Positions 1-11,882 of a stretch of DNA of 64,000 nt are shown one piece after another. The stretch lies in NCBI RefSeq assembly GCF_009914755.1, contig NC_060926.1, one strand, 5' to 3'. The stretch comes from the human T2T-CHM13v2.0 reference genome, Homo sapiens. Each line of letters begins with the position of its first letter. Positions within the stretch are counted from its first letter, which is position 1. The notes beneath the pieces are model-generated. The model had not been told where the DNA came from, did not search any database, and worked only from the letters and a program-made list of their open reading frames with translations. The position numbers and the translations under genes are program-made.

Positions 1-194
1 CTGGGTTCAAGCAGTTTTCCTGCCTCAGCCTCCCAAGTAGCTGAGATTACAGGCACCCAGCTAATTTTTGTATTTTTAGTAGAGACGGGGTTTTACCATG
101 TTGGCCAGGCTAGTCTTGAACTCCTGACCTCAGGTGATCTGCCTGCCTCGCCCTCCCAAAGTGCTGAGATTATAGGTGAGCCACCGCGCCCAAC
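1..194 (-). mobile_element. Alu (AluS-like), cut by the window edge
   Basis: Reverse Alu motifs cctcagcctcccaagtagctg, tttttgtatttttagtagagac, gagccaccgcgccc. Confidence 0.95.
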
Positions 195-199
195 TGAGG

Positions 200-1000
200 T
201 TTCTTGAATTTTGGAAAATGTCTTTATTCTGCCTTCCCACTTGAATGATACATTCGTTGCATATAAAATTCTAGGTTTGAACATGTTTTTCCCTAAACAA
301 TGTGAAGATCTTGTTCCTTTGACCTCTGCTTTTCAGAGTCATTTTTGCAAAGTCCAGAGGCATTATCACACCTAGATGTGACTTTTGGCCTTCTGGAAGC
401 TGGTGGGATTTGCTTCTACCTTGTGTTCAGATGTTTCCTGTGCCTGGTGTGGACCACATTTCATCCTTGTTCTGACTCTTCTGTGACATCTTTCTTGTCT
501 GGGAAATTTTTGTGAACTGTTTATTGAGTAGTCTCATCTCCCTACAGTCTTTCTTCTAGAACTCACTGGGTGGATTGTGCACATTGGGGCTCTATTCCTA
601 CCCCTTCTCTCATATCACTTTTCTCTCATCTTATCCTTCCTGTTCATCTTATGGCTGTATTTTCTGTAAGATTTTCACAACTTTACATCCAGCTCGTCTC
701 CTGAATTTAATTCTTCTATTTTAGTCTTCTTTCCAAGAGTTGTTGTTCTCTCAAGGTCTTTTAAAAAACAAAAATCCTATTCTTGCTCTGATTTCATGAA
801 TCAATATTCTTCGCTCATCTGTGAGGTATTATATTTAAAAATATTGTTAAATCATTTTCTGTTGTATGTATCATCTGAGAGTTTTTCTTTTTCAGTTTGA
901 GTTCACTTTTCTTTCTTTGGTGTGAGAATGTTTTCTCACATATCTGGTAATCTGTAGTGCTGGTTTCATATTTGAGGGTGAGGTTGGCTGTGAGTGAGGG
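200..1000 (-). mobile_element. Ancient L1M fragment, boundaries approximate
   Basis: T-rich, decayed antisense L1 ORF1-region-like sequence (tctttattctgcctt...ttgaatgata...tataaaattctagg). Confidence 0.5.
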
Positions 1001-1792
1001 CTGGCAGCTGCTGGGCCACCTCCTAGGGAACCATAGATGACGTTGGACCCTAAATGTCTATTTCAGTCTTTTCTCTTCTGCTTAGTTTCCTCATAGATGG
1101 ATCCTTCAGCCTTCTGCCCAGGGGCTGCCAGAACTTTGCTTCATAGCTAGAGACCAGGACCTTTTAAAATTTGTAGTAGAGACCTCACTTCCTTTTCCCT
1201 ACCCTATCCACTGTTGTGAATCTAGAGCCTTTTTTGTTCAATCTCTCTAGAGAGTAAGCCTTTGCTATTTATAACTGGAAGGCTCTAGTATAAGCATCTT
1301 AAGACTTGATAGACATTACAAGTTATACTCTGATCAATAATGTATGAATATTCCTGTCTTACATCCTCTGTGTAAATACTTGGTATTTTCCTTTGAAAAA
1401 TTCACCAGTGTAATAAATGGAAAATGATATTTTACATATGTTTCTTTGATTGTTAGAGAGGTTGTTTTCCATATGTTTTATGGGATTTGTATATTTTGTG
1501 AATTTTCTGTCCATGTCTTTCTTTGGTTTTTATTCTCAAGTGCTTACTGAATTTTGAATTCTCTTGCTGGTGTCTGGAAGCAAAGGCCTCCTTTATTTTT
1601 GCTGGTTTGGCATGATTTTATCTCCTGACATGGCTCTGGTAGTTTCTTGTGAGGGTGGAGGCACCTGAAACACTTTATCAGGCACATGATAGACATTGCC
1701 TATCAAATGGCTCAACATCAGTTCCACAAAAAACCTAAATGGCCATTCAAGACCTGTTTCTGCCTGTTTCAAGTTCCATATAGGAATTAGAT

Positions 1793-2020
1793 CAGTAGTT
1801 GGCAAATGACGGCCTGTGCGCCAAAATCTAGCCCAGTCTGTAAATAAAGTCATGCTGGAACACAGCTGTGCTCCTTTGTTGATGTGTTGCCGTGTTGCCT
1901 GTGGCTGCTTTCACATCACAATATCAGAAATTGAGTAGTTGATACAGAGACTACGTGGGCAGCAAATCTAGAATATTTACCATCTAGCTCTTTAAAAAAA
2001 AAAAAAAAATTCAACCCCTG
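1793..2020 (+). mobile_element. MER58A-like hAT-Charlie MITE
   Basis: ggcaaa..ggcc...gtaaataaagt..tggaacacagc...ggctgcttt...aatatttaccatct...acccctg resembles the MER58A consensus. Confidence 0.8.
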
Positions 2021-2971
2021 AAGTAGATGTTTGTTTGTTTGGTGCTTGATACCATGTAAGTATTTGCAAAGGCTTATGGAAATTGATGGTTCATTGTTCT
2101 TATGAATAAAAACTAATAAGCATGAATGTCATGCCTTTTGCAAAAACCAATAAATGACAGTGGCAGTCATCTTCCTTCAAATGATGTATGTGAGTGTAAT
2201 ACCTCTGTCAGCCTATCTTCCTGTGAATTCCCCCGATAACTGGTTTCCAGAAATATTGCTGTTGTAGCCATGCTCTCCCCTGACAGCCACCCATTCCCCT
2301 TCCCACTCTTCTCCCTCTCCCCTACTCCCACACCTTCTGGAAATATCAGATGTACAAAATGGGCTTCACTTGCTCAAACCTCTCATTGTCACTGTTTTCA
2401 CAGCATTGTAAAACACATTACATTAAAAAACAAACCAGCTGGTGGAAGCCAGTGGTTAGCACCTAGAAGGTGAAAGACTTGGCGCATGTTTAAACTGCCA
2501 GTCTTTTTTGGGTGCCCTTCATCTCCCTTGTCTCTAGGGCCCCATTATTTTTCCTGTGGCTTCTCTACGTCCCCCTGTGTGGCCATCACTTCCATCCTCT
2601 TCAAGACCCAGACTTACTCCTCAAGGTCTCTGCTTGCCCTATAGGTTGGGCACCGCAGTGTGCCAGTCTCTCCTCTTCCCACATGCCCTTTGCTCGGCAG
2701 GACTGCTCTTCTACTCCATGGACCTGTCTTGTTCCCTCTGACTTTGAGAAGGCAACCATTGCTGGGCTGCATGCTCTTGGGGAACGCTTTTCTCTTCCAG
2801 GGTGCCGATCTCTCTTCTGTGGCCCTTCCTAAGTCCTTGCCAATACTGCCCCTTGGTAGTGGCCCGGGCACAAAGCCATCAGCCAGCTGCTTCCTGCCAG
2901 TCTCCCATGTGCTACCTGAGTCAGCGGAACACTGTGTGTTGTGTGCATGTAGATGTTGAGGGACTTTGGTG

Positions 2972-3544
2972 TGGTTGCAGGGTTCTGCCGAAAGTTGTCA
3001 GCGTAGCAGGCCTGACATAGCTGTCTTTAGAAAGGTCTGCTTGCAAGACTAACCATGGACTAGCATCTGAGAATTTGGATCTTGGAAATCCAGTTTCCTA
3101 CCATATGCTGATAAGAGTGACTGACTATGCTTCAACCATGTGTACAAATAATATGGTTTATGCTGAACACCTGCATTCCTTCTGGGAGTCTGGAATCTTG
3201 GCACATGTTAGGTACAGTGACCAACACTCAGTAAGACACAGAGTCTCTAAAGACCTTCCTTGGTAGACCACATTTGTCGTCACAGCTCGTTGCTGGAGGA
3301 ATTAAGCATGCCCTATATGACTCCGCTGGGAGAGGATTCTTGGAAGCTTGTGCCTGGTCTCTGGACATTGCCCCATGCACCTTTTTCCTTTCCTGATTTT
3401 TGCTTTGTATCTTTTTGCTATAATAAATCTGAACTGTTAGTACATATTCATGAGTATGTACTGTGAGTATATATGCTGAGTGCTATGAGTCCTCCTAGCA
3501 AATCATAGAACTTGGGAGTGGTCCTGGGAACCCACCCCTGACAC
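2972..3544 (+). mobile_element. Solo LTR, MER68/MER21-like (ERVL)
   Basis: tatggtttatgctgaacacctgc, gggagaggattcttggaagcttg, AATAAA and a ...ctgacaCA end. Confidence 0.7.
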
Positions 3545-4625
3545 AAGGACTTCTCAGAGCTGGAGAGCTTTCCAGGTCATGCAGATTCAAGGCAGACTGT
3601 GAGGTATTTGATAGTCCTACTCGTGTGTTCTCATGTGCATCCCATCTTTCCAAAAGTGCACACTTGAAACAGATGATTTTGAGAAGAGCTGCTTCTACCA
3701 ACTTGATCTTGGCCACTTGTTGTATTGTTGTGCGTTCTTAGTTTTTCTACTTTTACCATTTCTGGCCAGAGCTGTCACTTTTAAAAATTACTCCGTTGAT
3801 GTTGCCTAGCAAGAGCCACTCAGCTGTTTGTGGGGAATTAAAGTAGATTATAGGTTGAGGCCAGTTGCACTTACTGTGCTGCAAATTGGGGACTGATGAT
3901 CTAGTCATCCTCTTCCTTTCTTACACACTTCCTTCCTGTGTCTTTTCCACATGCAAACTTGAGGTATGGCTTCCTGTCTTTAGTCATTTCATATAGTTTG
4001 GTTTGTGCTATCTTTGGTCATAGAAATTGTTCTTCTAAAACCTCTCCAGATCATCCTTCATTTCTGTGTTGGACATGCATCCTCCATGGCTGGTTTTACT
4101 TTACAAGGGGTGCTCCCCCTGAAAACAGCACTGGCAGGATGGCCATGCACAGTTGATTGCTGTGACAGAGGGGCTTGCTGATCCTGTGGCTTTATCTCTA
4201 TCTGGTGTCTGCTATGAGTAGAGAAACATGGGAGAGATTGAGCTGCAAAGCAAAGCCAGTTTATCCAGTGCTTTACAGTTGTGGTTTAAAAAAAAATTTA
4301 CAAAGCATGGTGGAATAATTCTCTCAGATGAGCCATGCAGAGGGAATCCACTTGATCAGATTGGCTATATGGAGTTGGAGGATCAATTATGTGACTCAGT
4401 AAGTGCTTATTGCGTGTCTTCTAGGTGCCAGAAACGTAATGCAAAACAAAATACACAAAAATACCTCACTTCAGAGAGCTTATATTCTAGCAAAGGAGAC
4501 TGGCCATAGACAGTTTACGTGTAATGTCAAGGAGTGAGAAATCTTATTTAGAAAACACACACACACACACAAAACATAAAGCAAGGTTAAAAGAGAAAAT
4601 TGCCTGGGAAAGAGGTTGAAGGTGT

Positions 4626-4967
4626 GTAGTGGACTAAATGTTTGTGTCCTCTCCAAATACATATGTTGAGATCCTAACCCCCAAGGCGATGGTGTTAAAT
4701 GGTCTGGGGCCTTTGGGAGGTGATTAGGTTTTGAGGGGAGAGCCCTCATGAATGAGATTATTGCCCTTAGAAGAAGACACCAGAGCTTGTTTTTTCTCTC
4801 TGTTCTTGTCTGTGAGGATACAAGGAGAAGATAGCTATTAGCTAACCAGGAAGAGGGTCCTCACCAGACACGGAATCTTCCCACATGTTGATCTTAGAAT
4901 TTTAGTCTCCAGAATTATGAGAAATAAAAGTCTGTGGTAATTTGTTATAGCAGCCCAGACTAAGACA
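4626..4967 (+). mobile_element. MLT1A-type MaLR solo LTR nested in an L2 remnant (L2 continues to about 5200)
   Basis: TG start, aatgtttgtgtcc...ggggcctttgggaggtgattagg...gagaaataaa...gttatagcagccc..actaagaCA end. Confidence 0.85.
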
Positions 4968-6940
4968 AGGTACGTTTAGGATGGGGAAGGCCTCTGAAGG
5001 AGTGATGTTTGAACCAATATATAAATGAAGTGAGCCACTACCTGGAAAAGCATTCATGACAAGGAACAGCAGGGAGAGAGTCCAGGACTTGAGAAGTTCC
5101 TTAGCACGTTCATAGGGCGAAGTAAGGTCAGTGTGGCTGGCGTGCAGTGAATGAGGGCAAGAGACATATGGACTCAGGTTGAGAGCCCTGTAAGGCAAGT
5201 TAGGGTCACTTATTTGATACTGTGAGAATATATTTAAGTGTGATAACAGCTGCTATGACTACTTGCTTAGTCAGTTTTCCCTAGAAGCTTTTAAAGTTTG
5301 GGCCCTGCTAGAATCTTTTGATGTTTTACATTTGGTGATCACTCAAGTGGCGTTAGGTATAGTGCTTCGTCTCTCCCTTTATATCGGCAGTCATAGAATC
5401 TGGTTCATTCTGGAACTTTCCGTGACTGTTTCTCTAGAAGGTGTCCGTCTCAGATTCATTAACTCAGTGGTTCTGTCAGGCCTGGTTGGCATATATGATT
5501 ATACCATTTTTTTTTTGTTTAGAGATGGGCATTTCTAATTTTTAAAAGGGTTGGGCCCACTGATAATTTTAAAATAAAAGGAAACATTTCTTTATCTTGC
5601 AAGGCAAATGTTGCCTAATTTAGTGAATATCAATTTAGTGAATGTCATAGCAGTAGTGTGTGGTTTTCAGATTGCGTCTGGGTCCTCAGAACTGAGTGTA
5701 CCTCAGGGAAGGTATTTACTGTTAATAGCAATTGGAATTGAGAGACAGGAAAACACATTCTGAGACCCAATGCCTTTTACTCAGTGCTGACTCTGCTTCA
5801 CATATAGCATCTCATTTAATCCTCGCAAGTCTCTCCTCTTCTGGAGGAGGTCAGTGAAGGTCAAAGAGGAGTGGTTTGATTCGGGTCCCTCAGTTCACAG
5901 GTGGAACAACTCTCTTCAATCCGACAGGGTGCATTGGGTAAAAGGAGAACTGCTTTCTGTTGCCGGGTCTGCTGCTAACGGAAGGTTTAAACGTGGGGAT
6001 AAAGCCAGGTTCTGGTTTCTTTCTTTTTGAAATTAGGAGCTTTGGATTTTCCTTAAGGTCTTCAACTTCTGTGATTTTAATGCAATTCAGGTTTATTTTC
6101 TGCTATCCCTCACCTTTGCTCTGCCAGTCATTACTAGGTGTGGTGGTGTTTTGTTTGTCTTGTTTGTTTTTCCTGTTAGGATCTACCTTCATCTGTGTTC
6201 TATGCCATGGGCCACACCTGGTGTTAACACTCCGAGCAAGGGGTAGCTCTTGTAACCAGTGGCTGTGCTGTAGACTCTCAACGACATACAGAGGATCTTT
6301 ATCAAAGCGTGTTATGTGACTTGCTGCTCTTGCAGCTCTTTGAAACCCCCTGCAGTTGAGCCACATACCTGTGATAAGAATAAGCAGGTACTCAGAAGGC
6401 CAGGCTTCAAGGTGGGGTCTCCAAACAGATAACAGATGGAGGTCATGGACCTTCACAGATGTGTGCCTGGCATAGGGCAAATGCATTGTTGTCACTGGGA
6501 AAAATAGCTAGCAAGCATGCCTCCAGGGAATGTGGGTCCTTAACACATGAAAGGCACCTTCACACATGAAAGGTAGCCTATTCTCATTTCATTACAATTC
6601 ATTTTGGGTATCACTGTGCACCCTTGCTTCTCTTGCATGCTTTTATAACATGTATATGATAATAAGCATTACTACTCAGTGAATAGAAAATACGAAAATT
6701 GAAAATGGATGGTAGATTCATTAAATTGGAAATGAATACATTATCAGTGGGTACTTGTTTCCAGGCACTAGGCTGGTTACTTGTGCTGTGATTTTAGTAT
6801 ACGTATGCGAGGGAAATAACATTTAAGCCCACAGATGTTAAGAGTAAGTGCTTTGCTCCGTTCCTTTTCTTCCCTCTTTTACGTATGTGCCTCTGTATTC
6901 TTCCTCCCTTCCTTTTCTTATTCCTCCCCCACTTCTTTGC

Positions 6941-7216
6941 TTTATTTTTTTATTTTTATTTTTTTGAGACAGGGTCAAACTCTGTCACCTAGGCTGGAGT
7001 GTAGTGGTGCGATCTGGGTTCACTGCAACCTCTGCCCACCAGGCTCAAGTGATCCTCCCACCTCAGCCTCCTGAGTAGCTGGAGCTATAGGTATACACCA
7101 CCATGCCTGGCTAATTTTTTGTATTTTTCGTAGAGATGAGATTTCACCATGTTGCCCAGGCTGGTCTCAAACTCCTGAGCTCAAGCGATCTACCTGTCTC
7201 GGCCTCCGAAAGTGCT
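6941..7216 (-). mobile_element. AluJ-like element, 5' end missing
   Basis: Poly-T tail followed by gagacaggg...ggctggagtgtagtgg...ctcaagcgatc...aaagtgct. Confidence 0.93.
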
Positions 7217-8031
7217 TCCTTGCTTTAAATTGAAGAAAAGCCAAGCTGGAAAACTATAGATTTTGATAGCAGCCAAACCCCTTGAGTCTGCAGTTGGCTG
7301 ACACCATGATGTGTGATGGCTCCCAGGTCTGCGACTATGGCTTTGCTAGCATGAAATGAGACCATCTCCTCTCCTCATACAGAAGTGTGTGGAGGATGTG
7401 AAACAGAGTAGGGAGGTAGGAGGGCTGGACCACATCCTAGGCAGGTAACTTGCCCCCTTTGTTCGTTGGCTTCCCAGACTCCTCGTAGTTGTTTTAGGTG
7501 GATCTAGAAAAGATTGCCTCATGGAGCACTGCATGTTCAGTGTAAAGATGTGTCACTTTTCTTACAGCCTCAAATCTTTTGCCTCTGAGTGAGGAGGCAA
7601 ATGGAGGAGAGAGAAGTTTTATTCTACCTTCCAGGGTGGCTATTCTGCACTGTTTTAGGCATCATCAGGTAAATAAGGCATCCATTGTTCTCTGCGGTTT
7701 AGCCCCATAGACCTGTTAAGTCATGGGAAGATCTCTGCACTGGCAGTAAAGTAACTTTTTGTTTTCAGTGTTTTTATTTTTATTTTCATGTTTCCAAGTC
7801 TTAATATAAGGTCTTAACGTAGGGGCTTTTTGGAGCTGCTGGGTGATTTTGCCTCACAAACCACTAAGACTAAGTATTCGGGGTATGATGTTCATATTTC
7901 TGAGACAAATTTAGAAATACATACAGTCTAACCAAGGATTTTTGTTCCAGGTATATACCACTGCAGGTCAAGTTCTGTATAAGGGGATTTGTAGTTGTGA
8001 ATGCCAAGGGCTTGGTTTTATAGAAGGTAGG

Positions 8032-8617
8032 TGTAAAAAATAGAGGTTCCTCTTCAAAGACTTTCCTCCCCGTCTAATTAAGAATAAATAGTAACTTCTC
8101 TTAGAAGCAAAATTTATTCAAAGACCTGTGCTAACATTCTTAAATATCTGCTAGCCGTAATAAAGAAATCAATGTACTTTATGTTCTTAGCTCCCACAAT
8201 TTAGCCTAAATATTTGCTTATAAGTATGTTTATACTGGTCCAAGCAAGCATTAGGTCATAGTCTGTTCCTCTTCCTTATTTAAATGTGTTTTTACCTTTC
8301 TCAGCATTTCACAAGTTACTTCCTCTTTCCTTTGTTCTCCTCTGCCTTTGCCTCTTTTAAAATGTTCTAAGTTGCTAGCCAATCAGGACAAATACAGAAT
8401 GTGAGGTCCTGTTCCAGCCAATGGAAACTGGACACAGCAGTAAGGTGGACGCGTCAACTTATAAATGACCCTGCCTCCTTTGTTCGGTGTACTCTCGTGG
8501 CAAAACTGCTGGCAAGTGTACCCTTTCTGTAGAAAGTAAAAATGGCCTTGCTAAGGAAATTAAATTTATGTTCAAGTGCTATTTCTTTATTGCACCGAGG
8601 AACAAGCATTTCTAACA
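8032..8617 (+). mobile_element. Full-length solo LTR, LTR10C-like (HERV-I, ERV1)
   Basis: TG...CA termini, perfect 5-bp TSD GTAGG (8027-8031 and 8618-8622), CCAAT at 8379 and 8418, TATAAA at 8460; the 5' sequence matches the recalled LTR10C consensus. Confidence 0.85.
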
Positions 8618-10229
8618 GTAGGTTTTAGTATATAGTTTAGATGTTCCTTATGTTGATTGACATTTGATGGCTCTTCAGTGGTTCGAAGATGCCAGAAAAG
8701 AACAATGAGAATGGCCAGAAAAATCTAGAAACTATGGTGAAAGTACTTACAACTTGAATATAGCCATAATAGAACTGGATTGTGCTAGAAGTGACTAAGG
8801 TTGGCAGTGGAATTGGGAGCTTAGTAGGCCCAATCAACTGTGTGGCTTTCTTCACTTAGGCAGGGAAAATGTGGTATCTTAGGATCCTCTTGCAGTAATT
8901 TCCAAACATAAGAGCTGCGAAATAAGTTATAATTGGAAAAAAATCTTCAATGATGTTGAAAATATTTTTCCCTCTGGATTAGCCTTCTCTTTTATTCTCA
9001 GTCATAATTTTAGTAGGGAGTTTTGTTGTCACTTTAAGAGTATTCATTCCATTTCGACTTGTCACCCAGATTCTCTTCGAGGATGACAAGAACAGCCAGT
9101 AGTGGCTGGCTTGTGGCTCTTCTGTGCTGTTGCTGGCTGCAGCCAAACAGGAAAGGGCTGTTCGGAGCTTCTATTGGAACCATCAGGAATACTGTTTGGT
9201 CAGCTTTGCTACCTGACAGGAATGGTTTTGGGAAGCTTGAATTATACCAAGTTGCAGTCTGTTTCAGTTCAGCCTCTTGCCTTAATATAACAGATACTCC
9301 CCTGTCTTAATCTAAACAGTGCTTAAGGGTGGGGAGATGGGTTCGGTGGATTTACAGCATTCCTTCTGAACCCTAAGAATCTGTGGTTTTATTATTTGTA
9401 GTGCAACCCAAAAATAACTACAATTTTTATTTGGGAGGTGGAAATTAGAGGTAAAATTCTTTGGAAGGGAAGAGGATTTCATCTAGGAGTGTTTGGCAGC
9501 CTCATGCAAACATGTTTGTTCTTATTTGAATTTTGACTCTTGAAATACTGTGATCTTGGCGGTTTAGGCCAAGAGGTGGGGTAAAGAGGAGGATGGGAAA
9601 CAGACTAAACTCATGGAATTTCATGTAGCTGGGTAGGCCAAGTCGACTCTAGTTTAGTTACCATGTTTTCTTTGTGGCTGTGTCAGGGAATTGGGGATGG
9701 ACACATGGAATTTAAAAAATAACACACAATTTTAAAAGTTATTACCACCATATAAAACTAGCTGGACCTGGGAGTCAGTTTCTGGAATTTATGGGCATTA
9801 AAGAAATGCCGAATATTAAATTACTTGGTTTGGTATCGAGGGAGTGGCTGCCTGGCTCTTAACAGTTTTTGTGAATTTCCTGTTCTTTTTATCCTTGGCT
9901 TCAAGTTTTTATTGATGGAAGGTTAAATATTCTTTTTTTTTCCTTTGTAGCATATGACTAAACCTGTGGTTCTTTTGCTTCCTCTTTTTTTCCCCTTGTC
10001 TTGTTTTTCCCTTTCACCCCAGGAATTAATTATAGTACTTGAAAGAAAACCACTTTCCTTAGTCTTATAAAGTACATAAGAGACAGTAAAAAATAGAAAA
10101 TCTTTTTATACAACTGACCTTGTTTCTGCAGACATTGTAATCTATTCCACTTAACCTCTCTTTCTTCTGTTATTTTACTTTGTTAAGATAGACTTGACAT
10201 TTGATTAGGAAAAAAAATATGCATTCAAA

Positions 10230-10675
10230 TGTTATGAGATATAGAATCCAAAAAAGGGAAGATTGCAGAAATTTAAAATAAATGTAAAAGATTACAAGGT
10301 AATACAATGAATAAGTTCATACTATGAAATGACACAACTTTGATGACATGGAAAAATTCCTAGACACAATCTGTACTGACTCAAAATCATCTGAAGGTGG
10401 GGTGGAGTGGCTCATACCTGTAATTCTAGCACTTTGGGAGGCAGAGGCGGGAGGAGTGCTTGAAACCAAGAGTTTAAGATCAGCCTGGGCAACACAGTGA
10501 GACCCCATTATCTACAAAAAATAAAATTAGCTGGGTGTGGTGACACACACTTGTGGTCCTAGCTACTTGGGAGGCTGAGGTGGGAGAATCACTTGAGCCC
10601 AGGAGATTAAGATTGCAGTGAGCCTTGATTGTGCCCCTACAGTCCAGCTTGGGCAACAGACTGAGACCTGGTCTC

Positions 10676-10706
<31 letters not shown>

Positions 10707-11310
10707 CTGAATAGCTCAATAACAAAGAATTTGAACTAATAATTAGAACTTTTCCTACAAAGAAAAACCCATGCTCAGATGGCTTCACTGGTGAATTCTT
10801 TTAGGTATGTTAAGAGGAAATGACACTGATTCTTCACAGATTCTTCCATGAAATATAGAAGGAGGGAATACCTTGCAATTCATTCTGCCAGTAACACCCT
10901 GTTACCAAAGCTAGACAAAGACATCACAAGTGAACAACAGACCATGAACTCCTATAAACACTGACACAAATTCTTAAAATATTAGAACCCCAAATTTGGC
11001 AACATATGAAAAGGGTTATATATAATGAACAATTGGAATTTATTCTAGAAACACAAGGTTGGTTTAACATTCAGAAATCTATTAATATAATACTCCATAA
11101 TAGAACAAAGGTCAGAAATCATGTTACCTTAATATAAGCAGAAAAGCATTTGAGAAAATCTGATTCATGAAAGCAATTCTCAACAAACTAGGAAAAACAT
11201 ACAGGTTAACATCATACTTACTAGAAAAGAACTGTTTAATTTTTTTTTTCTCCTAAGATTAGGAAAATGGCAAGGCTGTTCACTCTTGCCACTTCTATTC
11301 AATAATATAT
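10230..11310 (+). mobile_element. Old L1M ORF2 fragment interrupted by an Alu
   Basis: Decayed ORF2 motifs atggaaaaattcctaga, cagatggcttcactggtgaattc, gcagaaaagcatttgagaaaat, ccacttctattcaa. Confidence 0.85.
10396..10698 (+). mobile_element. AluJ-like element with poly(A) tail
   Basis: Dimeric Alu; TSD AAAATCATCTGAA at 10383-10395 and 10699-10711. Confidence 0.95.
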
Positions 11311-11560
11311 TTGTTAACTGTTGAAGTTAAGTGATGGGTAGAAGGGATTTGTTGTATCATTCTCTGTATCCTTGTGTATGTTTCAAATTTTTTTCTGATA
11401 AAAATTGAGGAAAACAAATATAGGTTAAAAAAATAAGTCTACTAGATCCTTAAGTTTTGTTCTGTTTTCTGTTTAGCTAAATTGAGGTTCTAAAACCAGT
11501 TATTTTCTTTTAGAGTATGAACGTGTATTTCTTTGGGTTAATGTTGAATTATTTGTATAA

Positions 11561-11882
<322 letters not shown>

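Noticed and set aside
5617-5646. 15-bp imperfect tandem duplication aatttagtgaat(a/g)tc; a similar short repeat occurs near 6544-6572
   Set aside because: Ordinary slippage duplications with two units only and no array structure.
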